A stretch of 64,000 nucleotides of DNA from contig CAVTCR010000017.1 of assembly GCA_963733195.1 (NCBI GenBank), forward strand, positions 40,270-104,269. Direction: 5' to 3'. This stretch comes from an uncultured delta proteobacterium (GTDB taxonomy: Bacteria > Desulfobacterota > Binatia > Bin18). Each line of letters opens with the position of its first letter. Within the stretch, counting starts at the first letter, position 1. Both the position numbers and the translations under genes were made by a program. The notes under the pieces were generated by a model. The model had not been told where the DNA came from, searched no databases, and worked only from the letters and a program-made list of their open reading frames with translations. Positions 18,544 to 28,267 of this stretch are shown piece by piece.

Positions 18544-20531
18544 TGCAGGCACTGCAACGGCATGGTTATTTGGATGTGTCACGAACCATTTTTGATTATG
18601 GTTGTGGTAAGGGCGATGACATACGCATTCTACGTCAGAATGGCCTCGATGCCGTTGGATGGGACCCGCACTTTGCGCCGGATACTCCCAAAGAGCCAAC
18701 CGACGTTGTGAATCTTGGCTTTGTCATCAACGTCATCGAAGATTCTGATGAGCGAGCCGAAGCGCTTCGTGGCGCGTATGCGCTCACCAAATGTGTCTTA
18801 TCTGTTGGAGTCATGCTTGCTCGTACTGAGCAGTTAGAAGCGGAGCAGTATAACGACGGTGTCCGCACGCGGCGCAACACCTTCCAAAAATACTTCACCC
18901 AGCGTGAACTTAAAGCGTACCTCCAGTCAGTACTCGGGAAAGAACCAGTCGCTGTTGGGCCAGGCATCTTTTTTGTCTTCAAAGATGAAGACGAGGAACA
19001 GCGCTTCTTTGCCCGTCGGGTACGCAATCGCGGCGGACTCGACCAACTCATTCGCCGTTTACCAAAGCCAACCAAAGAAGAACGAGAGCAGACATTCTAC
19101 AATACACATCGTGTGTTGCTCGAACAGCTATGGGAGACCTGGTTGGAACTGGGTCGGAAACCAGAGTTGAGTGAAGTTCCACGGCCTACAGAAATCGAAA
19201 ATGCTTTTGGGTCACTCACAAAGGCGTTGCGATTTCTCGAACGGTTTCATGGTACTGAGGCAGTAACAGCAGCGTTTCGTTCACGCAAAGAGGATCTGTT
19301 GGTCTACTTTGCCTTGCAGCAATTTGAGCAACGGACACGTTATGCGACACTTTCGGAAGAACTCCGGCGAGACATCAAAACGTTTTTCGGAAATTATCAC
19401 AACGCCCAGGCGGAAGCACGGCAATTGCTCTTTTCTGCTGGAAAGCGTGACCTCATCCGGCAACTCTGCCGAGAAGCTGCAGGCAACGGGCTTGGTTGGC
19501 TCGAAAAAGATCGGGCGCTATATCTGCATACCAGCCTTGTTGAACGGCTTCCCGCTGTGCTGCGTGTCTACGTTGGATGTGCCAGCTACGTGTTCGGCGA
19601 CGTGACCAGCGCGGATCTCATCAAGATTCACACCGACTCGGCGAAGATTACCCTTCTGTCATGCGATGATTTTGCAGGAAAGCCACTCCCCCGTTTGCTG
19701 GAGCGTATTCAGATTCGGTTGCGAGACCAAGATGTCGACCGCTTTACCTTCAGCGGCCCACACGAGCCCCCTTATATCTACCGGAAATCACGGTTCATTA
19801 CCGCAGACTTTCCCCACTATGAAGAGCAAGTTGCTTTTGAGAAAGCGCTTGACGCACTCCACCTCTTCAACTTTGACGACGGAATCAGTCTTCCAGCTCA
19901 GGTTTTTGACGATCGACTGAAAGCGGTCCGTGTAGAACTTGATGGTTTTACCGTGAAATCGTCTAACACCTTGCCACGCCTGGATGATCTCTGTGGCCAA
20001 CATTTCTGCTATCGCGATTTTATTACGTGTGGAGAAACACAAGCGAAGACTGGTTTCCCGAATATCCCTCAGCAAGTCGACACCTATAACGCCCTAACAC
20101 GCTTGGCGACGCAGATTCTTGATCCAGTCATTGACTATTTTGGCGAGATCGTTCTGACGTACGGATTCTGCTCACGTGAACTTGCCAAACACATTCCTGG
20201 TCGCATTGCGCCAGCACTCGATCAACACGCGAGTCACGAGCTGAACACGCGCGGACAACCCATCTGTAAACGGCTGGGTGCAGCAGTCGATTTTATTGTC
20301 ACTGATGAGAGTATGCTCGAAGTTGCACAGTGGATCGTGCAACACACACCATTTGATCGGTTGTACTTCTATGGTGATGACAAGCCTGTTCACGTAAGCT
20401 GTGGGCCGGATGATAAGCGTGAGATCGTCATCATGAAAGCCAGTAAAAGTGATCGTTCGGTCCCCAGAGTAATAAAGGTTGAAACATTTCTCGCGTTGTC
20501 GCGGGATACCGCTAAGACGATTCCTCTCTGA
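17958..20531 (+). CDS. DNA phosphorothioation-associated putative methyltransferase with C-terminal peptidase M15-like domain
   Basis: RHRTAL, FDYGCGKGDD, GWDPHF, VVNLGFVINVIED, TFQKYFTQ; C-terminal LTYGFCS...DQHASHE...GAAVDF...FDRLYFYG...PVHVS. Confidence 0.85.
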   Translation: MKTRIRAALGKRVNGNLYFHVTALEGLDPYVREQVRRAALQASLEIEAEFNVIKIDEKDQHISLLYYEHFFDNPFPALQRSCVVDLGSARVKHLRYDLSNNPPILHRKELLLPPDHPQVPLFASLTAQLEALGLFYNSRRIGFACQWQERLQLAGYEVRDHQLVPLNGTLQQERLLTEVPARHRTALQRYALSTPMQALQRHGYLDVSRTIFDYGCGKGDDIRILRQNGLDAVGWDPHFAPDTPKEPTDVVNLGFVINVIEDSDERAEALRGAYALTKCVLSVGVMLARTEQLEAEQYNDGVRTRRNTFQKYFTQRELKAYLQSVLGKEPVAVGPGIFFVFKDEDEEQRFFARRVRNRGGLDQLIRRLPKPTKEEREQTFYNTHRVLLEQLWETWLELGRKPELSEVPRPTEIENAFGSLTKALRFLERFHGTEAVTAAFRSRKEDLLVYFALQQFEQRTRYATLSEELRRDIKTFFGNYHNAQAEARQLLFSAGKRDLIRQLCREAAGNGLGWLEKDRALYLHTSLVERLPAVLRVYVGCASYVFGDVTSADLIKIHTDSAKITLLSCDDFAGKPLPRLLERIQIRLRDQDVDRFTFSGPHEPPYIYRKSRFITADFPHYEEQVAFEKALDALHLFNFDDGISLPAQVFDDRLKAVRVELDGFTVKSSNTLPRLDDLCGQHFCYRDFITCGETQAKTGFPNIPQQVDTYNALTRLATQILDPVIDYFGEIVLTYGFCSRELAKHIPGRIAPALDQHASHELNTRGQPICKRLGAAVDFIVTDESMLEVAQWIVQHTPFDRLYFYGDDKPVHVSCGPDDKREIVIMKASKSDRSVPRVIKVETFLALSRDTAKTIPL

Positions 20532-20758
20532 CCTTTCCCCTACGACAAAGATATTGTCACGCCTTGATAGACACGGACAATCTTCGTATTCTCTAGCGGA
20601 CGGGCGAATGTCCAGAGAAGAGGAAGACATGACTAAGCGAGCTGTTCCCTTGGAGCTTTTGAAACGATGAACGACGAACACAGAACGATAGAATAGACCG
20701 AGTCTTATTTTTCTTCGTAACTCTTCCATTTTACATTCTGCATTCTACATTTCTTCTG

Positions 20759-23700
20759 ATGTCTTCCCTCCGCCATCTGTGGTTCGACAGCCGTCATCTG
20801 CTCGGGAACTCTGCCGGTCAGACATTACTCACAGAACTAGATGCTCTGGGGATGCGCACCCGCGAAACGCTTCTTTCGACTGGCGATCGATTGGCAGCGC
20901 TTTCCTTGACCCTCGCGCAAACGTTCTGTCGTGTGGCACCGGCGGCGTGGCGGGTCTTCGGCGCGAAAGAATTTCCCCGCTGGGTGGCAATCGGTGAATG
21001 CCTCGCTGGTGAAGAACCATCGTCTCGTGAGGGAGCGGCTGCGTACTTCACGATAGATCCTCACAGTTTGTCACTCATCGGGCTCGATATCGCTGAAGAA
21101 TGGTCCGAGATTGGTCGTGAGACGTTGAAGGTTTCGCGCCGTTTAGGATCGCAATTCTTCCAAAGTTCTGCACCAGTACTAGCGACCCTTCCCACTCCTA
21201 TCCCAGACCGACTGCGTGTTTGGGCAAGGCACGGCTGTGCGCTGCTGAAGGCAAAAGGTTGGAAGGGTGAATTTTTAGCCGTGTCCTACTTTGAAGCAGC
21301 ATCGGCCGCACTTCCAGTGCTGAGTAATGAAGAGATGGCTGCCTGGGCAACCTTAGGAATGTTGGTACAAGATTCTGGCCCTTGGACATTCTATGCGACT
21401 CTGCCTAAAGGTTTTGCGGCATTCAGTGGACCAGAACGGATGTCGCTTTTAATGGCATGCCAACACGCAGCAGCCATCGCTGCCAAAGCGGCGACAGAGG
21501 TGTTTCTTCACGTGCCGCCGGCGCTTGCCCCCTTCCCTCCTCATTTACGGATGTTCCTGTTGTCACTTCTGGTTCCTGTCGTTCGCACTGATCCTGCTGC
21601 GATTCTGCCACTCCTTCCCCTGCTCTCTTCATTTGTGAGAGCAGTGCAACTTGATCAAAGACTGTGGTTGCAAGAACGACTTGCTGCCCTCGCCCAGCAG
21701 TTTCCTGCGATCGTCTCGCCTGTGATACGTACCCTCCCTCGGGTTTGCGAAGAAACCGGAGAGCAGGGAGTTGAAGAATGGCTGACAAAAGGGCTGGACG
21801 TCGCCACCAGCAACGTCGCGGCTGGGGTTGCGTACTTCGCCTTAGAATCTCGTACCAGCCTCAGACAACTGCGGCAGTCCTCACAAGGAGTTGATCTTGA
21901 GGAGGTGCAAGAGCTGCTGCGGAAATGTATTCAGATGCTGTCTAGAACCTTGGTCGGTATTCGGAAACAGGAAATGTTTGCCTACCCTCCATCGCTGGAA
22001 GAGTTTCCCTTCTACAGTGATGCCCTTCCCCTTCCTGCTCGTGTGGATATTTTGCCCACGTACGAGGAGAACTTTCGCCTCTTTCGTCTTGTTGCTCTGC
22101 AGCAGGCTGGTCGTCGCGAGTTCGGCACCTATGATTTCTCCCTTACTGACTTATGGCCACAATTACCGATTGCTGTGCGGCAATTATTGAAAGATGACCA
22201 AGTGCCTATTGGAGGGCTCGGAGAATATTTCCGCTGTTTTCCTCATCCTGACATTCTCGAAGCCCTGTTTACCGTCATGGAAACCCAACGTGTGGCAAGC
22301 CAGATGGGTCGCGTCTATCGTGGCCTGCAAGAAGAACTCCGTTGGGCCACTACACTTGATTTGCCATCCTTGTTACCGGACCTCCTTCTTTCTCTCGTTC
22401 CACAACTTCGTGTACGCGGGCGGACGCATGATACCGTGTACGACTCAGCTCTTGCTGCCGCGGAGATCTACGCCCGGTTGTTGTCTACTATCGCCGCCGC
22501 TCGTAACGCCCGTGATCCCGCGGCGTTCGGTTCGCTAATGTTCGATAAAATCACTGGCGATGCACTGATTGACCCTGAGATGGATGATAGCCTTCCGCCC
22601 CCTGATGCCCCGGAATTACCCCAGCTCGAACTTGACCCTGAACGTGACGAGCGCGAGGGTGGTTCGCCGTTGTCTCCTGAAGAACTAAAAGCGTTAATCG
22701 AGGCCGGAGTCGATCTCCAGATTCGTCAGGGGAAGAGCGATACCATCACACCTCAAGGTTTATACATCAGTGACCTGGACGGGAAGTTGCCCAACGATGG
22801 AGAGCGTGAACACATCACGCCAGAGAATGGAGTCGCTGTTGTGGGACAGCGGCGGCGCGAGCGTGATGCTGCATTGACGTTTTTTTACGATGAATGGGAT
22901 TATCAGATTAGTGATTATCGTTCGCGTTGGTGCCGATTGCGGGAAATTGTCCTTGCTGGCGATGCGGGAGAATACTTTTCCAAGACGCTCAATGACTACG
23001 CTGCACTGACACCCGCTGTGAAACACGAATTCCAGCGGATTCGTCCAGAGCAATATCGTGTCGTGCGTGGGTTAGAGGATGGCGAGGAGTTTGATTTCAA
23101 CGCGGTTGTGACTGCAGCGAGTGATATTCGCGCTAGGGTGAGTCCCTCACCGAAGCTCTACACGATACGACGGCAGACTGAGCGAGATGTGGCAGCGTTG
23201 TTCCTGCTGGATATGAGTGCATCAACTGACGAACCTATCGTTCCCATCGTTCGAAAGTATATCGAAGAAGACCAGGACGACTGGCAGGCAATGTGGAAGA
23301 AACGTGCAGCAATGCCCGAACCAAAACCACGTCGCATTATCGATGTGACCAAAGAAGCGCTGGTGCTGATGGCCGAAGCCCTCGAAGAGATTGGCGACAC
23401 GTACGCGATCTATGGATTCTCTGGTCAAGGACGGGCCAATGTCGAATTTTACCATGTCAAATCGTTTCTTGAAGCGCTATCACCAACAGTGAAAGGCCGG
23501 ATCGGAGCGATCGAGCCCAAACAATCGACACGCATGGGAGCAGCGCTCCGCCACTCTGTCGAGAAGCTGAAAGATGTCGCCTGTCGGGTCAAGCTACTGG
23601 TGCTGTTAAGCGACGGGTTTCCACAGGACATGGACTACGGGTCTGATCGGCGTTCGATTGCTTACGGGATTCGTGACACGATGACAGCGCTGCAAGAAGC

Positions 23701-23869
23701 CGATCGCGCCGGTATTCTCACTTTCTGTTTGACGGTGGACAAAGCTGGCCACGATTATCTGCGTGAGATGTGTGAGCCCTCGCGTTATCTCGTGCTTGAA
23801 GATGTCGCGTCATTGCCGACTGAACTGCCCAAAGTGTACCAGCGCTACATTCGCCCGCGAGGAGTATAG
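20759..23869 (+). CDS. NorD/CbbO-like vWA domain protein with a long helical N-terminus
   Basis: FYDEWDY, DGEEFDFNA, FLLDMSAST (MIDAS), YGFSGQGR, TRMGAALRH, LLSDGFPQD, FCLTVD. Confidence 0.85.
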   Translation: MSSLRHLWFDSRHLLGNSAGQTLLTELDALGMRTRETLLSTGDRLAALSLTLAQTFCRVAPAAWRVFGAKEFPRWVAIGECLAGEEPSSREGAAAYFTIDPHSLSLIGLDIAEEWSEIGRETLKVSRRLGSQFFQSSAPVLATLPTPIPDRLRVWARHGCALLKAKGWKGEFLAVSYFEAASAALPVLSNEEMAAWATLGMLVQDSGPWTFYATLPKGFAAFSGPERMSLLMACQHAAAIAAKAATEVFLHVPPALAPFPPHLRMFLLSLLVPVVRTDPAAILPLLPLLSSFVRAVQLDQRLWLQERLAALAQQFPAIVSPVIRTLPRVCEETGEQGVEEWLTKGLDVATSNVAAGVAYFALESRTSLRQLRQSSQGVDLEEVQELLRKCIQMLSRTLVGIRKQEMFAYPPSLEEFPFYSDALPLPARVDILPTYEENFRLFRLVALQQAGRREFGTYDFSLTDLWPQLPIAVRQLLKDDQVPIGGLGEYFRCFPHPDILEALFTVMETQRVASQMGRVYRGLQEELRWATTLDLPSLLPDLLLSLVPQLRVRGRTHDTVYDSALAAAEIYARLLSTIAAARNARDPAAFGSLMFDKITGDALIDPEMDDSLPPPDAPELPQLELDPERDEREGGSPLSPEELKALIEAGVDLQIRQGKSDTITPQGLYISDLDGKLPNDGEREHITPENGVAVVGQRRRERDAALTFFYDEWDYQISDYRSRWCRLREIVLAGDAGEYFSKTLNDYAALTPAVKHEFQRIRPEQYRVVRGLEDGEEFDFNAVVTAASDIRARVSPSPKLYTIRRQTERDVAALFLLDMSASTDEPIVPIVRKYIEEDQDDWQAMWKKRAAMPEPKPRRIIDVTKEALVLMAEALEEIGDTYAIYGFSGQGRANVEFYHVKSFLEALSPTVKGRIGAIEPKQSTRMGAALRHSVEKLKDVACRVKLLVLLSDGFPQDMDYGSDRRSIAYGIRDTMTALQEADRAGILTFCLTVDKAGHDYLREMCEPSRYLVLEDVASLPTELPKVYQRYIRPRGV

Positions 23870-23870
23870 T

Positions 23871-23930
23871 TTCTTGTTTTTCGTTCCATGTTTCAGGCTT
23901 TAGGTTCCACGTTCCACGCTTCACGTTTCT
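23871..23930. repeat. Heptamer tandem repeat tract
   Basis: atgtttc/aggcttt/aggttcc/acgttcc/acgcttc/acgtttc. Confidence 0.7.
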
Positions 23931-23989
23931 CTCAGTAGAGGAGCTGTATATGTCCCTGAGGTACCCTCTCTGACAACTCTAGGACAAGC

Positions 23990-24604
23990 GTGTATCTTGC
24001 CTCTGTGTACGATCGCAAAGACACTTTTTACCAGAAAGCCAAACAGGAAGGTTATCGCTCGCGGGCAGCGTATAAGCTCCTCGAACTGCAACGGGAGTTG
24101 CGGATTTTTAAGCCTGGAGACCGAGTTATTGATCTTGGTTCGTGGCCTGGTGGGTGGGTGCAGGTAGCAGCCTCTCTGGTCGGGAGCACTGGACAGGTGA
24201 TTGGCATTGATTTGGTAGCGCTCGACCCTCTCCCTTTACCGAACGTGACTCTTGTGCAAGGCGATGCCACCGACCCAAGACAACAAGCGCAACTCCTCGT
24301 TCTGTTGGGTAGCCGAAGCGATGTCCTGTTGTCTGATATGGCCCCGAAACTCAGTGGAATCCGAGAAACAGATGACACACGAGCTATGGATTTGTGTCGC
24401 ACTGCCTTGACCTGCGCTCCTCAGCTTGTACGACCAGGTGGAGCGTTACTACTCAAAGTCTTTATGGGACCGGAGTACAAAGCATTTCTGACGGAACTCC
24501 GCACCACATTTACTACAGTAAAAGTAACCCGACCCAAAGCGATACGAAAAGGGTCTGCTGAAACGTATGTCCTTGCTACCGGCCTGCGGAAGGTTTTGCC
24601 GTAG
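23990..24604 (+). CDS. rlmE: 23S rRNA Um2552 2'-O-methyltransferase
   Basis: GYRSRAAYKL, DLGSWPGGW, SDMAP, K-D-K-E tetrad, KGSAETY. Confidence 0.95.
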   Translation: MYLASVYDRKDTFYQKAKQEGYRSRAAYKLLELQRELRIFKPGDRVIDLGSWPGGWVQVAASLVGSTGQVIGIDLVALDPLPLPNVTLVQGDATDPRQQAQLLVLLGSRSDVLLSDMAPKLSGIRETDDTRAMDLCRTALTCAPQLVRPGGALLLKVFMGPEYKAFLTELRTTFTTVKVTRPKAIRKGSAETYVLATGLRKVLP

Positions 24605-24612
24605 ACGAAGAT

Positions 24613-24656
24613 GCCCCCTTAAGAGAAGGAATTCATAGCTCTTCTCTTAAAGGGGA
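24613..24656. terminator. Hairpin between convergent rlmE and response regulator genes
   Basis: CCCCTTAAGAGAAG...CTTCTCTTAAAGGGG. Confidence 0.55.
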
Positions 24657-24696
24657 ACATTCTATCTAGGGTTACACTAAGCAACGAGAACGGGTC

Positions 24697-25371
24697 CTAC
24701 GAAACCCGTACTTGCTCGGTCGGATACCCTACTCCCTCGGTGATATAGAACTGCTGTGCCGCTTGGCGACGATTACTCGCCCGCAGCTTTGCGAAGATGT
24801 GGGTAAGATGATTCTTTACCGTCTTTGGGCTGATATGAAGCCGTATACCAATCTGTTGGTTGCTCATCCCTTGTGCGAGGAGGGTCAGGACCGTTAACTC
24901 CTGGCGGCTTAACTCTTTCAGGTTCTGTACTGTCTCACCTTTGCAATGGAGAAACGTATGGAACACTCGCGGTGGAAGATGTGGGTCCACCCAGATACCA
25001 CCAGCGTACACTGTGGTAATGGCAGTGCAGAGGTCAGCTACTGATGCTGCTTTGGAGATATAGCCATGTGCGCCACCGACAGCTGCTTCAGTGGCATACT
25101 CTTCTTCTGTCTGGCTCCCAATGACGAGAATTCTTGTTTCCGGACTTTGTCGAAGTAGCTCTTGGCAGAAAGAGGCGAGGCGCCCCAGTTTCGGCATCTC
25201 ATAATCCAACAGTAACAGGTCAGGTCGTTGGGACAATGTTAATCCCAATGCAGTTTCGCCATCGCTTGCGACTCCTACGACAGTGTATTGTTCCGATTGG
25301 TTTGCGAGGGTGTACTGGAGCATGTCAGTAAACATGATGTGGTCGTCAGCAATGAGGATCCGGATAGACAT
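24697..25371 (-). CDS. NarL/LuxR family response regulator
   Basis: ILIADDH, PDLLLLDYEMP receiver; LSRQELTVLTLLAQGMSNQQIGIRLHISPKTVKNHLTHIFAKL HTH. Confidence 0.93.
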   Translation of the reverse strand: MSIRILIADDHIMFTDMLQYTLANQSEQYTVVGVASDGETALGLTLSQRPDLLLLDYEMPKLGRLASFCQELLRQSPETRILVIGSQTEEEYATEAAVGGAHGYISKAASVADLCTAITTVYAGGIWVDPHLPPRVFHTFLHCKGETVQNLKELSRQELTVLTLLAQGMSNQQIGIRLHISPKTVKNHLTHIFAKLRASNRRQAAQQFYITEGVGYPTEQVRVS

Positions 25372-25401
25372 ACTACTTATTCTCCTTGGGTCCTAGAAAT
25401 C

Positions 25402-25417
25402 AGCAATAACTGAGCCA
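25402..25417 (-). promoter_or_regulatory. Sigma-54 -24/-12 promoter for the response regulator
   Basis: Minus strand TGGCTC-AGTTA-TTGCT with correct GG-N10-GC spacing, ~30 nt before ATG 25371. Confidence 0.65.
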
Positions 25418-25423
25418 GCAAAA

Positions 25424-25567
25424 TGTCAGGGTTTTTGTGACAGAAATGACAAAAAAAACCCGAGGAACAGAGGAAAAGTGAGAAAATAGTGCTTCTGGCG
25501 CGTGTCAGCAGAGCAGGTGTGACAGTTCTGTCATCTGGGCATGTCAAGGGCTGTGTCAGTTTTGTCA
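25424..25567. promoter_or_regulatory. Cluster of TGTCA/TGACA sites (putative enhancer/UAS)
   Basis: Nine TGTCA/TGACA pentamers, three pairs spaced by 4 nt (25438, 25520, 25554); same motif again at 26169-26212. Confidence 0.6.
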
Positions 25568-25619
25568 AAATCGTAGGCTGACCAGTAGCAGCATCGGTCA
25601 GCTTCTTACTTTTTCCAGG

Positions 25620-25846
25620 GTGCCTGACTATGCTCCTCCATCTCTTAGCACTTTTACTTCACGTGAACATGAAGTCGGTTCACTTCTAGTCGTGGAGCCA
25701 GTAACAGAGAAATCGCCCGAGAACTCCGAGTTGCAGAGCGTACAGTTAAAGCGCACGTGATGACAATTTTCCGCAAACTCGGCGTCTCCGACCGAGTACG
25801 ATTGGCTCTCGTGATGAATAGACAGTCCATTGCCTCGGACCTCTAG
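25620..25846 (+). CDS. Stand-alone LuxR-type HTH protein (one frameshift ~25688; absent from ORF track)
   Basis: SLSTFTSREHEVGSLL / SRGASNREIARELRVAERTVKAHVMTIFRKLGVSDRVRLAL*. Confidence 0.75.
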
Positions 25847-26465
25847 GTCTCTCCGATGTTGCTCCCGTCCAAAGTGAGCCTTGATAATCTCAGCGTCAGG
25901 TAAGTGATCATTTCTTCCAAACCTCGACTTTTCTATTTCCGCCCAACACCTCACTCTACTGTTCTGATCAAACTTTCTTGTCAGTGCCTCCCTGATGGCA
26001 CGCTTTTTGTTCATTGCCAATGTCTAAGAAGCCTTTGAGTAAGAATGTGAAAGTGGTTTTTGTGTCAATCTTGTTCCCAACAATTGCCCCTAGGCCAGAT
26101 AATAATGATTTATGAGCCGAGGTAGGAAAAAGCGTGCGGGATTCTCAGAGGTTGGCACATTCTTACCGTGTCAGTTTTGTCACAAAGAGTGCCATCCCTG
26201 TCAGCTGTGACAGAGGAGTGGCTAGTCATGAAGGAAGAGACCCTGTAGGAAACTGAACCCGGAATATCGCTACACCTGGTTGTTAGCAACCCGTGGCCTT
26301 TGGAAATGTGAGCGCAACTTGACTGTATTCCTCTGTACTTCTCCATCGGTCAATCGCATGCCAGATCTCTAGCTCCAAAGTCGCGCGTACTCCAGAGTAG
26401 AGATAGTGACTCTGACACCACTTTTCGAGATTGCTTTCTTACCGGAACAATAGGGGGAAAAGCGC

Positions 26466-26651
26466 ATGTTTCACCAATTTTTTAACGCAGAAGTCCTTCT
26501 TGTTGCACTCAGTGTTTGGGGACTTGGGGTAGCTCTCTATCTCTTAAAAATGTATCTGCAGCGTCAGAATACCTATCATACCCGCGTGCAGAACCGGATT
26601 ACGCGGATTGGGAACCAACCACTCGGGCAGGAGGAAAGACAGAACTCATAA
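26466..26651 (+). CDS. Small single-pass membrane protein
   Basis: 61 aa with one hydrophobic helix; GGGGG RBS-like tract upstream. Confidence 0.5.
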   Translation: MFHQFFNAEVLLVALSVWGLGVALYLLKMYLQRQNTYHTRVQNRITRIGNQPLGQEERQNS

Positions 26652-26813
26652 CTATTCTGTTCGTATGTGCCGTTTGACACCTCAAATCTCCTACGCTACG
26701 CTGCCCTCGCGTTAAGCGGTGGGAGTGGTAGAAACGTCCATTCTCCTTCCTGTTCGTAAGCCCTCTGATCGCTAGGCCCCCGTCCCTATTATTCTTCTCC
26801 AAAGGATCTTGTC

Positions 26814-28141
26814 ATGCAGCGTAATCGTCGAGTGTACTCTTGGGTGTGGCTGTTCCTGTTCTTTGTCTGCGGGGTCCCAACCCTCGGAGAATCCCGTACC
26901 ATGATCCTTGATAACCCACAGCGACATGCCTTTCAGTGGGTTTGCGTCTTCGCTGACCTTAGTCGGAGATGTCGACGGAGACCAAGTGTCAGACTACTTG
27001 GTTGGGGCATACGACAATCGGTGGGACAAAAACGATCGTCAGGGCCGAGTTTTTGTATTTAGTGGGAAAAGCGGGAAACTTCTGTTTCCCATCGATCATC
27101 CGTTCCCGCAAAAAGCTGCGGCATTTGGTTTTTCTGTCGCTTCCGCTGGCGATGTAAATAAAGACGGAACAGCAGATTTTCTTATCGGCGCCTTTGGACA
27201 GGATGACGGTAGTGGGAAAGCGTTCGTCTTCAATGGGAAAGACGGAAAGCTTTTATATCCCGTACAAGCACCGCAGCGACAGATAGGTGCTGGCTTTGGG
27301 TGGGCTGTTGCTTCATTCGGTGATCTTAACGGCGACAGTACTCCAGACTTTGGGGTTGGAGCTTTCGCCCAAGAGGGGGCTGGTCGAGTGTTCGTCTTTA
27401 GTGGTCATAACGGTAAGCTCTTGCGCACGATCACTCCACCAGCAGGAAGCTTCGCTTTTGGTTGGGCTGTTGGCAGGCATCGAGGACCTTAATAAAGACG
27501 GCCTTCCTGAGATTCTTGTGGGAGCGCCGTATACTAATGTGGGAAAGAATCCGATCCAGGGACAAGCTTACGTCTTTAATGGCAAAGATAGCAATTTGCT
27601 TTACACCTTAGAAAATCCCCAGCCCATAGCTGGGGCAGTGTTCGGTTGGCGTATGACGGACGCTGGCGATCTGAACAAAGACGGTATTCCCGACATTCTG
27701 GTTGGTGCGCCGTATCAAGATGTCGACAAAGTGATTGCTCAAGGAGCGGCTTTTGCCTTTAGTGGAGCAAATGGGCAAATGCTTTTCGCGCTCAAGAATC
27801 CAGTCCCGCGGCCGTATGCTGCGTTTGGCTATGCACTCACAGAAAGTGCTGACATGAACCAAGACGGTGTTCCCGAGATTCTCGTTGGGGCTCCGTATCA
27901 AACCGTCGATGAGTTCCACGTGCAAGGAGAGGTCTTTCTCTTCAACGGTCAAGATGGTCGTCACCTCACCACGTTCGACAATCCCTATCCACATCAAGGC
28001 TCTTCATTTGGGTATACGGTCGTTTCTCCTGGTGATGTGAACGGCGACAAAATTCCCGACTTCGCGATTGGCGCCTCTGGACAGGGGATTATGGACAAGC
28101 CGGCAGTAGGGCGGCTTTTTGTCTTCCTCTCGCAGCCATAA
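26814..28141 (+). CDS. Secreted FG-GAP repeat (integrin-alpha-like beta-propeller) protein, two frameshifts
   Basis: Signal peptide, then about seven FG...GDxNxDGxxDxxxGAP repeats over ORFs 26814, 26908 and 27287. Confidence 0.88.
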
Positions 28142-28267
28142 GTTGGTTCGTGTCATTGCCTATATCCTATCGAGCCTGATTGACGCTGCTCTTCCAGCGG
28201 GCTTAGAATAGCGTCGGTTTGAGGGTCTCAAATTGCGGCATGCTGGACGTACAGTAAGGAGGCGATC

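Noticed and set aside
20587-20670. Tiny ORF MTKRAVPLELLKR with RBS-like GAGGA
   Set aside because: Too short to support; may be a truncated gene start at the island border
23871-23930. Tandem repeat tracts as a CRISPR array
   Set aside because: 7-nt degenerate units without spacers; no cas genes in the window
25628-26020. 130-aa minus-strand ORF in the track
   Set aside because: Its 3' half is the antisense shadow of the plus-strand LuxR-HTH gene; the 5' half has no recognisable motif
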